From contig NC_134026.1 of the NCBI RefSeq assembly GCF_964204645.1, positions 4,735,950 to 4,799,949 on the forward strand: a stretch of 64,000 nucleotides of DNA, given 5' to 3'. Below are positions 45,556 through 61,002 of the stretch, in pieces. Every line of letters starts with the position of its first letter. Positions within the stretch are counted from its first letter, which is position 1. A model generated the notes under the pieces. That model did not search any database and was not told where the DNA came from. It saw only the letters and a list, made by a program, of their open reading frames with translations. The DNA is from Tubulanus polymorphus (Eukaryota; Animalia; Nemertea). The position numbers and the translations under genes were made by a program.

Positions 45556-48500
45556 CTGCAGCCAAGCCAACGACTGTAGCCTTAGATCGTTAAGATCGTG
45601 ATGGCGTCACACTAGGCGGAGTGGATCAGGCTGATCTCCCCTCCCCTATAAAGTGGAGCAACATTCCATAAGTTCTTGGCGATGATCCTAGGCAACTACT
45701 TAAAAAAACAAAATGATTCGGCCATTTTTCTCCAAGTCTATCACGTCACTGTTTATTCATTCTACCATAGGCCAAGAAATGTCACGCTATTGTATGGTAA
45801 TTGATGTCTTCCGTATCACAAGTTTCTCTAATTTCTTGATGACGTTCTTTGAACTGTAATTCGATTAATTTCAGAGCACGGCGCCTCGTCGAGCGATGAA
45901 TTAATCTAATTGTTATTTGATGACGATTTCTTTCAAACGAAACGCCGAGCTTTCGACTTGTCTCAAAATGGAACCAGCCCTCGGATATCACTTCCCTTCC
46001 TGATGAATTGAGCTTTAATCAGATACGAACGAACAAGTATAAAAACCGAAATGTGATTTTTTATGTTCCGTCATAGTGGTCATATTTTCCTTGGAGAAGT
46101 TCCATCAGCAACTTTGATGGACGATGATAACTCGCCAAAACCATCCATAGACTGCTGCCTCACACCATATACCACATACCTCCTTTTTATGTTGCCGATC
46201 CGCGATAAAAAAACATATATCCGTCTAAAACTAAGTTGCGTGCATTATTATACGGTAGATAATGTATATCATTGTGGTAAATGTTTTTACCTAGAAGGCA
46301 TAGAAAATATACACCCATGCACGAACGTATAATGTTTGCATTTTCTTCGAGATTAATTTGTCGAACTGACGACCACGCGCGCGGCAGGCAGGGATTTATT
46401 TATTTACCCGGTTGTTCTATGCACTGCATAAACGATATAATCCTTTAAAATCCTATGATTGACGCTGAGCTGCTGCATAGAAATATCGAACGCAGTCGTG
46501 TCCTGGAAGTTCGACGTATGGTGTCAGTGGGGAGCTGGGGGCACATGCCTACACTCACTGTTTCTATGTTCTTCTAACATAATTTTGGGTCTTGCCGTCC
46601 TCCCAAATCAATAACAGGTGACACCGCCCGTGAGATCATCTGGAGTTCTTCATAAATTTATGTTCTTATTTATCATGAAATAGTCGAAAAATCCGAATAA
46701 AAAAGACGCATTCTAGAATTATCAAGTTGTCTTTAATGACATATTTTAGTGCTAGTGAGGATAGATAAGTCTAATCCTGAATCCGACGATAAGCCAAAGC
46801 CTGAAAAATCGGAGCATGTCACCGTAAAGTCGACTCGCTGTACATGAACAAATAGAAAAAAAATCAGATATCATTACTCTGTCAATTACATCAGTATCAA
46901 TTTCATATTCGTGACATGCTGCCGTTTTGACTTCGAAGAAAGCCTTTTGATTCCTGCGCGTTTTAAGTCTTAATCAAAAGCGGCAGGTTGCCTTTATATT
47001 CACCCTCGAGCGAATGCCGAAGCTCCTCCGCTATTTTTACCTAATCAAAATACGATGGTAAAATATATATAACCGTTTCTATATTATCCCCATAGATTTC
47101 TCTAGTGGCATCTGACATTCTTCTGGAGTCGATTTCAACTGAACACGAGAATAAATTCCTACTCTAAGGAAAGAGGCTGATTTCTTCTTTTTCTCTCGGT
47201 TAGACGCTGAATCAGTCAGACTGCCCGCAGGTGCAATGATCCTCGCTAACGCTTCTGAGAAAAACCACTTTACGACCTATGCGTATAAACTGGAAAAACG
47301 CCGGCAGAAGTTTATCTATCGTGCAGCGCGAAGTGGGTTTAATGTTCCGATCGCTTTCGGGAGTAAGGAGAGAGAGAGAAAGAAAACAGCGATGGAGAGA
47401 AGCACACCACTGGCGTAAACATTTTACGTTTATCTTTACGTATTTATTACTATACTCTTTTAATGATCGGGTACATTTACCTCGAGAAGATGATAACATC
47501 TTCATCATATAAAGTATAAAGTATCGTTTCTTTACTACTTGGTATATTTAGACGGAGAAATGACACCGTTCATTATCAATGAGGTGTACGTGATGATATA
47601 GCGACGATGAGTCACGCTACTATAAACGTTGTGAATGTATCTCGAAGAAAATTTGAAAGTGAATCTAGTGAATTAGTGCATCCCGTCAATCACACCTCAT
47701 GGGAAAATGTTGGTAAAAATGTCATAGTTTATTTCAAACGATATGCATATATAGCCTATATAGACTGTCTAATTCAAAAGAAAATCTCAAAATGAAAACT
47801 AACTTGAAAGTTTATCGATGCCTTGGTTGAAAATAACACACATATCGCTTCTATATAATATCTAAGATCATTATAGTTTTTTTCGATTTGAATATATCGA
47901 TAATTGAATTGAATTGATCAGCAACCGGTCTAGCCCCACTGATGACTAGTGCAGTTATGAAATACATGTATATTTAATTACAAAATAAACGCCAAAATTC
48001 ACACAATTGTAATCGATATTTTTAAACGCCAATATTGATGACGTAGTGCACGTCGACTCACACGAAACCCCTTAAATAACGCATACTATAGATACCAATG
48101 TATCAAAACATTGTTGTAACGGTTTACAGGCGTCAGAAAACCACGAGAGTATCAACGTCACCAATTCAAGAGTCTGTTTTTAAAATGGCTCATAGAATTG
48201 AGTCGAAACGTCAAACACATGGTTTCATCATTATGTGGGCGTTTCTTCAGATACAGAGCTGCTCATAGATATGTGAAATTCTATACTTTATTCTCTTCTC
48301 ATCCATCCATCGTATGGCTGAGATTGAAAAATTGGAACGATCAGGATGATGTGTCTTCCGTAGTCTTATCTATCATAGCAAGACACAACGCTGCACTAAG
48401 CCCAAGCTCTCTATAGGGATATGTGCATAAAAATATGTCTTACGCAATTATCAGATAAGTACTGCGTCAGGGATTGATTTTCTTCGACGTTTCGCGTACG

Positions 48501-48964
48501 TTATTTTCCAATTTTCATTAATTAGCCCCTTCTGCAGTATGTCCTACTAGAAGCGAGTCTTCGACTGTGCATTTATGAAACAGAAATAATTAGGCGTTAA
48601 CTCCACAGAGACAGAAAGACGGATTAGCTTCAGCGATTCATTCATTTATTCGAGCCCATATATTTACCTGAAAGGAATTATCCGTCGGACGAAATTCGCT
48701 TCGTTTTTTGTTCGGCACGAGAGGAAACACAGTCAACCGATAATGAGTAGCTTTCATATTCACAGATATTCTTGATTACCGCCCAAAGAAACAGTCATTC
48801 ATTATGGAGATCACTCGTTCGTAATGAAGAAGCTCTTTCCCAAATACGACGGAGCCCCTTTTATACGAAAGTACCAGTATAAATCTGATCACCAATTATA
48901 TTGAAATATGGCAGTGGTTTCACCAACAAGAGCACTTTTTTATGCATCGCTACGATCGAAAGAA

Positions 48965-49107
48965 ATGGCTGAATCATTTTGTTTTAGTAAGCCAATGTTG
49001 AGAGGAGAAAAATGGCCGATTCGTTTTGTTCAAGTAAGCCAATGTTGATAGACTAGGAGAAAAATGGCCGAATCATTATGTTTCAGTAAGCTACTGTTGA
49101 GACTAGA
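48965..49107. repeat. three ~50-bp tandem units (related fragment inverted at ~45705-45732)
   Basis: AATGGC(T/C)GA.TC.TT.TGTT..AGTAAGC...TGTTGA x3. Confidence 0.7.
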
Positions 49108-51471
49108 TGCCGGTTGCGGCGTCTGCCTGTACTGTGTGCTGATTAGTCATTCCGAACATGACGTGGATCGTTCAGTATTTCCCTTGTTGCTCATCAGGAA
49201 CTAGATGCCAATGACCATTCTAGAGGACAGAGGGCAATCCATACGAGACAGTTCGTTGTTACTCAGCGGTTTGCAATCATCGGTATCACCGGTATCATAT
49301 GACACTCACTCCGCATCGGTATCAAGCACGCGACCATATTCATGCTAGACCATCAAACTGATTCATTTTTACACGAACGTTAAGAGTATATGAGTATTTC
49401 TCTTCTGTCTTGCCCTTGTGATATATAGACGATGCATATATAGCAATTGAACCACTTGTTGATGTTATAGAAATAAGGCTGATGTGCAGCTACTTGTATA
49501 ATGAAGCGGAAAGTACATTTTTCAATAATGCATGGCGGCATTCCAGCCCCAGTTTATCGACGCAACTATACGCGATGAGTAAGACTATTACGACGGTCGG
49601 TATGACTGTCTTAATTCGGTGGATTCAAATGGAATTAAGATATCGGCTTGTGAAATGGTCAATGCACGCAGCCGTGGCTCTCGATTGCCACGCATCGTAA
49701 TTCACAAGTAGCATTACTGTTTATCGATTGTGGAATAAGATGAATAGACGTTTAATGTCCTCAGTATCGATCTTTCGTATTGATTCTGAGCTGTTGCTGT
49801 TCTGCAATCCTCGTCATCTTTACCCGGTGTTGCTTCCATACCACAGCATTGCTCCATTCCCCAGACTCCTGCGATGCGTCCATGCGGCAGCATTGGCAGA
49901 TTCAACCGGAATGTGGGGAAGACCTCCTTGATTGCGCACACCCTGTATTGGTATTGTTGTTACTGCTGCTGCTGCTGCTGCTCCAGGCGTTTTTCACGTG
50001 TCCTTCAAGTCTATTTGGATAATCATTAAATTGATGTATATTTCAAATCTTTGAAAATCTTCACGTTCAATAATCATTTGAACTTCGAAAATATGCACTC
50101 AGTTGCAAGTTCTATCTTTTCTCTTTTGATGTTGTGCCCTTTAATCAGCTTGATATTCACTTTTTAGTGTCTGCTACTGTTATAATCAAAATCTCTTCCC
50201 TCCCAGTTCCTCATTAATTCCCTCCCGTACGATTTTTCAATTGCCAGTATACCTGTCATCTACCGGTGCCTAACCACGATTTGCGCAGCTATTAATTAGC
50301 CACGTTTCGAAAGCCAGCGCGATGATCGTAAAGTTATATAAAAGTGTCTGTGTTGCACTGGGGGCCTATCACAAGTTCATTTGGAGGATTCGTTAAACCC
50401 CGAGGATGAATTATAAATGAACTGTTCATGTAGATACAGGATTTGCATAAGGACGTCATTGTTTCCTCGTCAATAGCCCTCGGGAACCGGTTGACATGGT
50501 AAAAATCGGTTTATCATCCCATTCAAACATGACATGTACTGATGATGATGATACAAGACAATTGACTGAAAAAAACCGAGTAGAAAGTGCAAAACAACAA
50601 GATTTGCCGGAAAACAACTGAAGCCGTGATTCGAGTTATCAATTCCCCGGATCTACAAATTTCTTAATTCTAATTGTGGGAAATGTTAGTAATAATTCCA
50701 TCTCTTAAAAATTGATAAGCAGTAAGTGAATATATATCCTGAAGTTGCTAACGTTTCGTCCATTCAGCCTTAATTCAATGACCAACATGAAAAATACAAC
50801 CAATAATATGATATTGACGATAGTTTCTCCAGACCATTCCTGAAAGGGCACATGTATGAAGGTTATGTGGATGATATACAATGACCAAATAACATTCTCG
50901 ATGTTCTCTGAGTCAACGACATTAACGCAGCATCGTTGAAAATTTCGTTTTATTCATTCATTTCTTCGATGATTGATGATCGCGTACGTCTTCGCGAACA
51001 TTACCTGTTCGATGTTGCAATTAATCTAAAAACAGCTTCCAATCGCGGGAAATGACGACGGCGGCGGCGACGGTATTATAGTAGAACTACCAACTTCAAC
51101 CACGATCATCGCATGCGTTTTAGCATCGTACCAGGAACGTTACAGCATCATCGACGGCGTCGTCAAATGAGATAGAACGCGCCTATATCAACCTCATCCA
51201 TCACCGTCACGTACGGATCCTCCTTTACATTGTGTTCAGCGATTCAATGGATGACCTTCGATATCGGTTTGACAGCGAAGCATGTGATCGTACGATTAGC
51301 TGTAAGCGATCCATTACCCCCGCGCTAATGGCCGAACATCTCGAAGGGTGTCGTGTCAATTTGAATTTGCGTACGGATGTCTTCGTTTTCGTTTCGTCCA
51401 TCAGGCTTCACGCATGGGAAACGCGCCAGGCCTTGAAGTGAAATATATGGGCCAGCGCGGTAGGGACCATG

Positions 51472-51690
51472 CAGAGCTGCCAACTGTCCCTGATTTTAAG
51501 AATTTGTTACTATTTCAAAACGAGAAATCGAATTTGATTTGTTCCACATGTACATAAATATGAAAGATGTTACTAAGGGTCTGACTGTTGATTACTGATA
51601 AGTTGAACATTTTCTTTCATATTTCAATGAAATGTTACTGAAAAAGTTCAATTTGTTACTCAAAGCACTTTTCAGAGGTTGGCAGCCCTG
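51472..51690. mobile_element. MITE with 6-bp TSD (hAT-like termini)
   Basis: TIR CAGAGCTGCCAAC / GTTGGCAGCCCTG flanked by ACCATG at 51466-51471 and 51691-51696. Confidence 0.75.
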
Positions 51691-52605
51691 ACCATGGCTT
51701 TCATACAGTTGAAAATGAATGCTCACATAATGTATCGGCGTTAACAAATATATACGTGTAGTTGGAAAATGATCCTTCGTTTTCTTCATGATTTTCTATT
51801 CAGGCATTGGCCGCATTTGATATAGAAATATTTCATTCGTCACAGCTCATCGTCCCGGTGGAAATTGATTTCGTATTACCGACATGCTCCGTATTGTATA
51901 TATCTATAGTGCGACTTACACATGTGTATTTCAGTATCTAGCGAAGCTTTTTGCGTCAGTGGACGGAATTTACCGCGTCGTCCTCTGGGATCCAGCACCG
52001 TGTCTCCAGCGGCATTCACCGGAGTGGAAATTTCCTCGCCGTCGAAAGTTAGCGCCGCGCGCGAGCGTTTGTTCGAAAATGCACTTATGCGAAATCTACG
52101 CTTGGCTAGATAATCCATGATCGGTTTCATCTCGCCGATAATATGAGAGAGAATGAAAAATTTACCTACTGTGACAGATACCTTTCTATTCGAGGAAAGC
52201 ACTGTTCTCGTAACATGTGTATACGTGTACATGTAGGCCTATATTGATTGTTTTGTGCCTTGAAAAAAATGGAAAACCTAATAAAAGCTTACAATATAAA
52301 GCTATACGATTATCTAATATCTTGGCTACTCGAAACTATTTCAATGGCATTTTCTTACATTTATAAACAGCTTAAGTAGAATTCAACATCTTTTTACGAT
52401 CCTTGTATTTGAGAGTGTTGTGGGAGAGTCGCGTTAATCCGGTGTTGAATCGTCAGTATAAACGTGAAGACAAACAGTACTTCGAAGGTTAACTAAATTA
52501 ATCTAAAGAGCGAGCTTTCGCTACTAGAGTACAGCAGCTTCAAGTAAATGAGTGAAGTCAATGCAGAAACAACAGCATTTATAGAGAGTGACGCTGATCC
52601 TTGTA

Positions 52606-52740
52606 CAGGTTAGATTAGCCGAACGAATCTCATTTGACACGTATAAGCGATATAAGTGCAATATGAACCTCATCGGTGACGAGTTTCACTTCGTTCTAGA
52701 ATGTCACCTTTTTGAAAGTTTAAGGCTTAAATACTATGTA
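52606..52740 (+). mobile_element. degenerate non-LTR retrotransposon ORF2 C-terminal (CCHC-type knuckle) remnant
   Basis: Translation ER....KRYKCNMNLIGDEFHFVLECHLFESLRLKY resembles the C..C....DE.HF.L.C..Y..LR..Y motif downstream of LINE reverse transcriptases. Confidence 0.65.
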
Positions 52741-53216
52741 TGTACAACTCCTGCGAAATTATTTTTGGTTTTTTGGCCATCTTCTGGCCACCTTGAAATA
52801 TGTACTATGTAATGTGTATTGTTGGACAGAATTTTCTGCGCTCAATTATTTTGGTAAAATATGGAGCAAAATAGATTTTGAAATAAACTTTGAAGAAAAT
52901 GATTCATTCTTCCAGTCCGCTACTGAAATTTTCTTATCCCTTTTAATGAACAGCTGCTGAATGTAACATGAAATAGGGCAGTATTCACAAAACGCTGCTT
53001 CACCCTTAAAACTTGAGAAGCTGTTTTCAAGAAAGGCTATCTCTTCGAAATACGAGCTTTCGAATTCACTTATATGATCAACCAAGAATCGATGATTGTT
53101 GAAGCTTTCGCGAGAAAATTGGCCTTTTATTTCGTATAAGAGCTGAAAAAGGAACTCCCAAAAATTGTAGCGGAAACTAAGGTGCCTGATTCGGGGCCAT
53201 ACTGAACAATTTTTCT

Positions 53217-53405
53217 ATACGGCTTGGAAGGCACGATAAAAGATTATTACATTGGCACATTTCTTTTTCGTTTTCTCGTGCGAGAACTTATTGAATTCTC
53301 GCGCGAGAAAAAACCAAATGATGGGCCAAAAAACATTGTAAAAGTTTTCTTTATCGTGCCTCTAATCGTACATAATCTTTTGTTTTTTGTATATTAAGCC
53401 CGTAT
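53217..53405. mobile_element. degenerate foldback MITE
   Basis: Nested inverted pairs ATACGGCTT/AAGCCCGTAT, GGCACGATAAA/TTTATCGTGCC and TTCTCGTGCGAGAA/TTCTCGCGCGAGAA. Confidence 0.5.
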
Positions 53406-56258
53406 AAGCCACCATAGGAAACACTTTTGTACGTCGACGCTATATTGCGGGCAATGTTTTTACGATGCGACGTGACTGTCATCTCCGGCAGTAGATTGCC
53501 TGCCGGGCATAACTTTGATAGAAACAGGACAATATTAAATCAGATGCGTGACATACGCAACGAGTAATGACTTTTCTACACACGGCGCTCGTCTGCGAAG
53601 TCTTGTTTAGGTCATCGTTATGATCTGCGGCTATTTGCCCATAATCCGTTGTCGTCGTAAATCTGAATGTCCTTCCGAATCTTAACGGCAATTCTGTTGA
53701 CTTTTTTGATTATTCGCCCGTAAATCAAACGCTCCAAATAAACAAATGGCGATGCTGGATAATGAAGCCGAATGAACTGCTCAGGGCCCAGTTTCTCAGA
53801 CCGAAACCGAGATTAGATCATAAGATAGAACCTATGATTAAAGAAACGGTTACATCGATTCTCTGAATATCCAATTCCGAACAAATTGGAATTGTTTTTT
53901 TTTCTAATATTTTTGCCCATTATACGTGTAACCGTATAACCCCGAGATTTCGGAGCTACCCAATGAATTGAAAATTGATTTGAAACTGAACTAATTACCC
54001 GATTGGATTTTTAATTGATTTAGAAGCAGGATACAACGTATTACTGCGTTGTTACCATAATGATTGGTACGCGTGATCACTCCTTCACAGAGAGCAGACT
54101 ATACGTCATCTGTTTTTCACTTAGAAGACACAATAAAATCGGCTAATTAGCGAGTTAATTGAAAACAAGCTTTATATAATCCAATCAATTAGTTATCAAA
54201 AATCGATAAGCCAGTAAGCTTGTGGGAAATTGCCGGGGAACGGGAGCGACCGACCGCGTAGCCGGTAATTGTCGGGTAATATATCAACGAACATTCTATG
54301 GATTTCATTAGCGAGCGAGTCACTGTCCGCCATTGCTAACGCAATTTCCGAGTGACTATTGAGCTGTCTACCAATACGCACACGATGCGCCATCCGAACA
54401 TAAATATCCAGTATATCGGAAATTGTGGTAGAAACGTAGTACTATAATCGTCATCGTTTTCGCGCGGTTTTTATTTCCGAGTGTGCTACCAGAAATAAAC
54501 TACAAATATACTATAGTAATCAATGAGCACTTGAAAATGCAGCCGTATCCGTCATAACAAACTGAGGATATCTGGTTTTTTGAATTCAGTTCCAGAGTCT
54601 ACTCGACAGTAATTGTTCACAACGTGTTTGATAAATCTTGACGGTGTAGAAGTGATATTTGATTCCCCAAGTTAAACAAATAAAACGTGGGACTATATAT
54701 TTCTATCCATGTATATACATGCTTCATTTTTCCATTATAAGCCATTACAGGCTTGTGCCAAATCAGGTTTGAATAACGTTTGTTATTTGAATAACGTTTA
54801 CTGTGTCGATTTACATCCATTCCAATCATATTGAGTGAATTTCAACTCGTTTTATTCTATCATTCATTGATTTACTATGACTTTGAAATATCCTCAACAA
54901 GGTATCCATCTGTAGACACCGTTGATAAGAGAAAAACGGCGAATCAAACGAAAAATCAATTTCGCGCCCATCCTGAAAATGTAAACCTAGAACCCCTCTC
55001 TGATGGATATGTTTCCATCGTTCCTATGATTACAAAAAGACGAGAAACTAGCGACAGCAATGATTGTTCCAATCAGCTTCTTACATCAGAGCAACAAGAA
55101 CTAAATGACATGTTTTTGAGAATCCTCCAGATACGTATTGTTGATTTGCTTTTGGCTTGCATGGGTTCTGTTGCAAAGCTTCTTGTTTGGAGGACGATGC
55201 TCAAGGGAAAAGCCGTTTTCTGTGCACAAATAACTAGATTAAGTATAATCTGTAGCCCATTTTCAATAGAACAAATGAAACCTGCTGCAAAAAGTAATTT
55301 GTCGTTGCCATTAGCTGTGTGCTTTCATGTCCCGATACCTGAAAGGAATATACTGTTTTGCTCATGACAGCTTTTTCAACTATGCCGCGCGCGTTGGCTT
55401 TTCTCTGAATAATGTGGACATAAACCAGTTCAGTAATGGTTTTCCTTTGCCTGTGGCCTTTTGCGTGAGCATTTGAACATTTTTTTAGATATCCATCTCA
55501 ACAGTCAAATCCCACTTGTATAATCTTTACTTAATCCTGTCAAAGTTTGGAAGATGTAGAATTCTTCACTTTTCGTATGAACTTCTTTCCACGGTTTTTA
55601 ACAACATTCTCAAACTTTTTTACAAATAATTTTTACCCATCGTTGCGGTCTACATATTTTTTACAACGAGCGTTATGTTATACGGACGGCGAACATATTT
55701 GACGGAGAGAATTTAAGCAATACGTGGGAGTATCGGGGTTTGTTTCGTCGCAAAAAAGCACGTATTTTTGTCGTTAAATTGATGGTATTGCGCACAATCT
55801 CTCGTCGAGCACGCATACGTAATAGGATCTCATCAACGACGAGATGATACAAGTTTTAGGAGTAATCGCTCCGACTGGCAAGAAGATACTACAAGCACTT
55901 ATTTGTAAAGTAAACGGCGGCGCTGATTCGCATTCGCCCGGAAAGATTTATAATGCGTTCATTCGCTGAACGGGGCCATGTTATGGAAGTTTGTTTCTGA
56001 AATCGCGCTTCATAAATCTGAAATAATTGCTTTCTTATACCGTTTTCTATCGTCGGCGCGCCGAAAGATACACGCCATTGAATCGACGGCACGATTAAGA
56101 AAACTGTAATGGCTGCGCGACGAAGCGCAAAAGCACTCCATCAATGTCCTACGAAATGAGGGGGTCAAAACATATTCATAGAATACATAGATATTATTTC
56201 TTGTTACGTAACTGCTCTGTGTATCTTGTGCCCTTCAGGATCTATTCCGATCTGTCAT

Positions 56259-56413
56259 AGCTCAACGCACGCGACGCATGGAAACACACAGAAACATGTT
56301 TCCCTGTGTCGTGTGCGTTTTCGGGAAACACGGTTTCGGGCGCAACGTTTCCGAGATCAAATATGTATGATTCCGTGTTTCTGCGTTTCCCTGCATCGTC
56401 GTGTGTGTTGGCT
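56259..56413. mobile_element. MITE
   Basis: AGCTCAACGCACGCGACGCATGGAAAC versus GTTTCCCTGCATCGTCGTGTGTGTTGGCT form an imperfect TIR. Confidence 0.6.
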
Positions 56414-59400
56414 TGTGAACGCTCGGTTTTACCCGTGGGAATGGAAACATACGTAAATTATCAGACTTGGAATTTTAAGTGAACTTGTATATACGTTTCT
56501 AAATAGAACGATCGTTCCTTTTCTTCACTTGAGAAAGTGAATGGTGAGTGAAACCACGTGTGCGCACGTCGTCAAGAAATATCGGCTTTTGGTATTTTCG
56601 TTTACTCCGCCAAGTGTTAGATTTACGCAAATCGATTAAATAAATATTAAAAAAACATCGAATTCGTATCGTATTCAGCGCGTTCTCGAATAATGCGCTA
56701 AAGCTTCAGTGTTCAGGGTTGGAAATGATGCAGACCATTGGCAGTTTTTATTACTGCGACGCAGATATTCATGCAAAAATCATACCGATTATCATGGAGA
56801 TCAGTGAATATAGAAATGACCCCACCCATTTTATATCTCAGTGCACTTAAGTTACGTGGATAAATGAATACAGATTGACTGACATTTCCAGTACTTTCGC
56901 ATCACATCAGTTCTCAAACAAATAAATAGCTTTAGCAGTCACAATATTTGTACCAAATCTGTGGTGCCCCTTTATCTTAATGTCTCATCACTACATATAT
57001 AAAAAATCGCATCGAGAGCAGCATTCATTTATTTCACTTATTTGAATATCAATAACCGCGAATGAAATTAATTCGTGTTGAAATGGAGTAGGGAATTCCC
57101 CATGGTATAAATCGTAGTTTCAGTATGGTAAATATTATGGTGGCCACATTTGCCACAATTGAGCCTCAATTATGAAAAAAGTATGACATTCAATATCTAC
57201 CAAATTTTTTTTACATATTCTAATTTTCGTTTTAATGCTCTCGTTAAAACCAGCTTTTCGTTTAACGAGGCGTCAGAACCGGGAAAGGATTGGAATCAAA
57301 ACAAAAAGTTTATTCTAACGTGTAGTTAAAGTAAAGTGTAGAAAGAAAAAAATGGAGTGGAGATTGATTATCATATTCACTTCTTTTTGAATTATGTGGC
57401 TCGAATCAGCCATCATAGAATATTGCGTAAATGTAAAGAAAAATATAGCATGCAGTATATATCTATGTGCATCGATACATCGAAGTACGATTAATATGAA
57501 AACTGATTTCTTCGCTTTTTACGATATGTATTTTTCATTTTTCTGATTTTTAAAGGTTGCCACTGGAGCCTGAACAGCTGGATAACTGGGCGAAAGTCTG
57601 TTATGAAAATAAGGTACATCCCTTCTTCTTGTTTTGGTTTTGTTCGAAATAAATATGTTCTAGATGAAAATGAACCAGTGAGAAAATCACATTTGCGAAG
57701 AAATATATATTATTCAAATTTCTTTAAACTTTAATTCTGCCCGGGTGTAATCATCTTACTAAACAGTCTAAAAACCTTAGGATGTCTTTTTCAGTTCTCT
57801 CCCCCGAAAAAAGCCTTTATTTATAGATTTTAGAATGTTTTGTTTTAAAATTCCGATATTCCAGTGTCAGAGAATTTTTCATCATTTGTTTTTTCGCCGT
57901 GGGAGCACGACAAGTTGCGCACCTAAACAACCATTGACTTGTCATTCAACTGCGGACCTAACTACGAATGGATTTATTTGCTGGTTCGTAGGAGAAACAG
58001 GTAATTCTACGCTCCCGTCATCTCCTGGCGCTGTCGGTAAATATTTCTGTTTCGGGTTGCTGTTAACCAGATTTCCACCGTGGCAGTCTTTCAATAATTG
58101 ATTGACCAGGTGATATTGACTAATCCCGTATGTCTTGTAGGCGAGAGCGAGAATTTAGATCGCCGTCGAGACAACAGCCAGGGACCTTATTCGCTAAACG
58201 CCTCGCAGGTTTTGCGTTGCCAGACTATTTTTTTTTAATGAAAATCATTTGCGTTGCAAAAGTCTTCGCAATTTATTCATTACATTACTCAAACTGTATT
58301 GCGAGTTGATAAACCTTTGACAAATAACATACATATTGACATATTTACAAAGATGGAAAAAACACATCACAGTCCAAAAATTCCGGACTAGCACAGTAAT
58401 CGAATTGTTCTAAAGAGGTTTTTGAACATACACCCAATTTGTTTTACCCATTAAACTTATGAATTTCTTGGTCATATAGATGTTAAGGTGAATAAGGTAC
58501 CGAATAGTATAACAAACGATACAATGATCCACGATTCTGTCAAAAACCTATTCGGAGTTTCGGAATTATCTACAGCAGAACGATATTGAGTTATTTTCGC
58601 AAGTAGACAACTTAATTGAGTGATTCCCACATTTTGAAAGTGATTTTCATTGCTCCATTTCCTTCATTATAGAAGCGCTATGATATATGCATTTTTCGTT
58701 CATGATAATTGCTTAATTTGTCATGAATATTTCAGATCGAAATATCACCAATTGAAACTTCAATTCTCTATTTCCAATTAAATTCTTCCAATGCCATGCA
58801 TTATTAGCGCGAAATGAATACAATTTGAACGAAAATCATGACGAATCCAATTAATTATTTACTTTCCACTGAATTGGTACAAGTTGTCTTTGACGATATA
58901 GTTGCGAAAAGTTGATTGCTATTCCCTTCATGTACGCATATGAAATATGATTTTATCAAAACTAACAATATATTTTCTGTCGAGTAGATAATTTTCCATG
59001 ATCCGCCATACGCCAGGTTATAAATCAGCACAACGCAAAAAGTTCTTGCTCTCAAAAATGAAAACGTTCAATGGATTTATTTTCTCCTTGATTCACACCC
59101 GAAAGCTGACTGATTTTTGAATGATCGAAGTTCAGTTCACTCTACGAGCAAGTTCAGATGATTGCTCGTAGCTTCAATATTTATCTTTGCATTTTCACCA
59201 GTCGAATCAACATTGCACCACGGCAAGTGTTCCGACTCGATTCTGGATTTAGGGCAGTATTGAAGTCGACAAAAAATCTGGAAGATTTATTCAAATTCTA
59301 AAAAGGTGCAGCATGAACCCCGATTGGCCTACGAGGAATTAGCGTGCTGGATCTTTTCAATTGAAGTCTGTATAAACCCACGAGGAATGTTGGTTATAAA

Positions 59401-61002
59401 AACAACAACAATAAGTTCGATAATGCCACGATAAGAAACGTGGCGAGCATAATCATTAATCAATTGGCTACGATATCATCTGCGTGTTGAATATTAGTGG
59501 GAACGGCGCGAGTGAAGCCTTCGGGCTTATCATATACATGTTCCTCTGAGGAAATAGTTCTTCCTGTCGTTTTTATCGCTTTGATTCGTCGCCGCCGCCG
59601 CGATCGGGTCGCGTATTCGCTATAATTCACGACATTACGATAACCTTCACCGCTGTGGGCATCGCGCCGTACCGATAGTTTTACGCGGACGAAACTTCTC
59701 AAGCGACTGAATATAGCGTTGATTTCGTTAAAACCGGGGCGCGGTGGAGAAAAAAATGCGCGCGGTCTCAAATTTGCTGCCGATGATTGCCATTACGGTC
59801 TCATTGATCGAATAATTTCCCATGTGTTTATACACTGGAGTAGCACGCAAACTAGTCCCACATCTTGTTTAGCATGCAAGAAAGTTATTATCTTACACAG
59901 GGTCTGTATCCTGTCCCTCCGGGCGCATTTTATTGAGATTCCGGGAATGCGGATGAATTCCGGTTGGAAAATCGACGCCGCTGTGGATATCGTTTGTATA
60001 TCGGTTGCTGGTAAATCAACAGCACAACACGCCCAAACTGCCCGCAATTCACCTTATTAAACTACCCTGATGCTGCAAAACCGATCACTGCGCTAAGAAT
60101 TGGACTATGGTTAATCTTGTTGACGTTATAATCATATTATTATGATTGTCAGGGAAAGGAAATATTTGTCACGCTACTCCTCTTAGGTCGCCGCACCTAC
60201 GGCATATGCGTAGAATGTCCTAAGGGATTAACATTTTTCGATGTCCAAAAAAGCCAGAGAAGCAGTATTTTCTACCTCTCAGTGACGTCACAGCATTTCA
60301 GCGATTTCATACCGACGCTATGAGCGGGTACTCAATGTATTGCCTAAAAAGTTAAATAGGTACACACAAATTAACGCGAACTTCGTTAAAAATTCGTCAG
60401 AAATAGGTTTGAGTGACTTGAAATGGTCGTTGAATTTCCTGCTTTGATCTGTTTCGAAAAAGTGATACCTACAAATGACGGAGCAGAAGAAAGGGTTGAA
60501 GTGATCATCGTATATCAGAGGTTCGCCGAAGAGGGTTCCTCAACGAGCGTGTTGAGTCAACAAAGAACGTGGTAAATTTTCGGTCAACGACGCTGTTTAT
60601 GCTAGTTTTACGACAACTGCGCTTTTTATTGCCGGGTTCAGGTGAACAGGTGTTCCTGGGAATGAAACAGTAGAAATGTCGTCAACCGCCGCTAAATGAA
60701 TGCATCATGAGCTCTCCGGGAAGGAAATGATGACATTGTAGACGCTGTGCCATCTTTGTTTATTGCGATCTCTGCCGGAAGCTTATCTGCATGAACTTTC
60801 CATGGCTTCTTCGTATACATATTTTTATCCGAAGATTTTTTGTTAACATTGTCTGACAAAAGAAGAAAGAACTTAGCTGTCTGGACGACGCTCGTTTGAA
60901 GTCAACGACTCGGAACTACTATACTGAATCGAAAATTTTCATACGGGAAAGATGAAAGCAAAATATGAACTGTTCAAGTCATGGTGCCACGTTATCTAAA
61001 TC

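Noticed and set aside
54831-55367. 178-aa plus-strand ORF
   Set aside because: Non-ATG start, no recognisable motif in any frame examined and no clear splice context. Possibly a decayed element.
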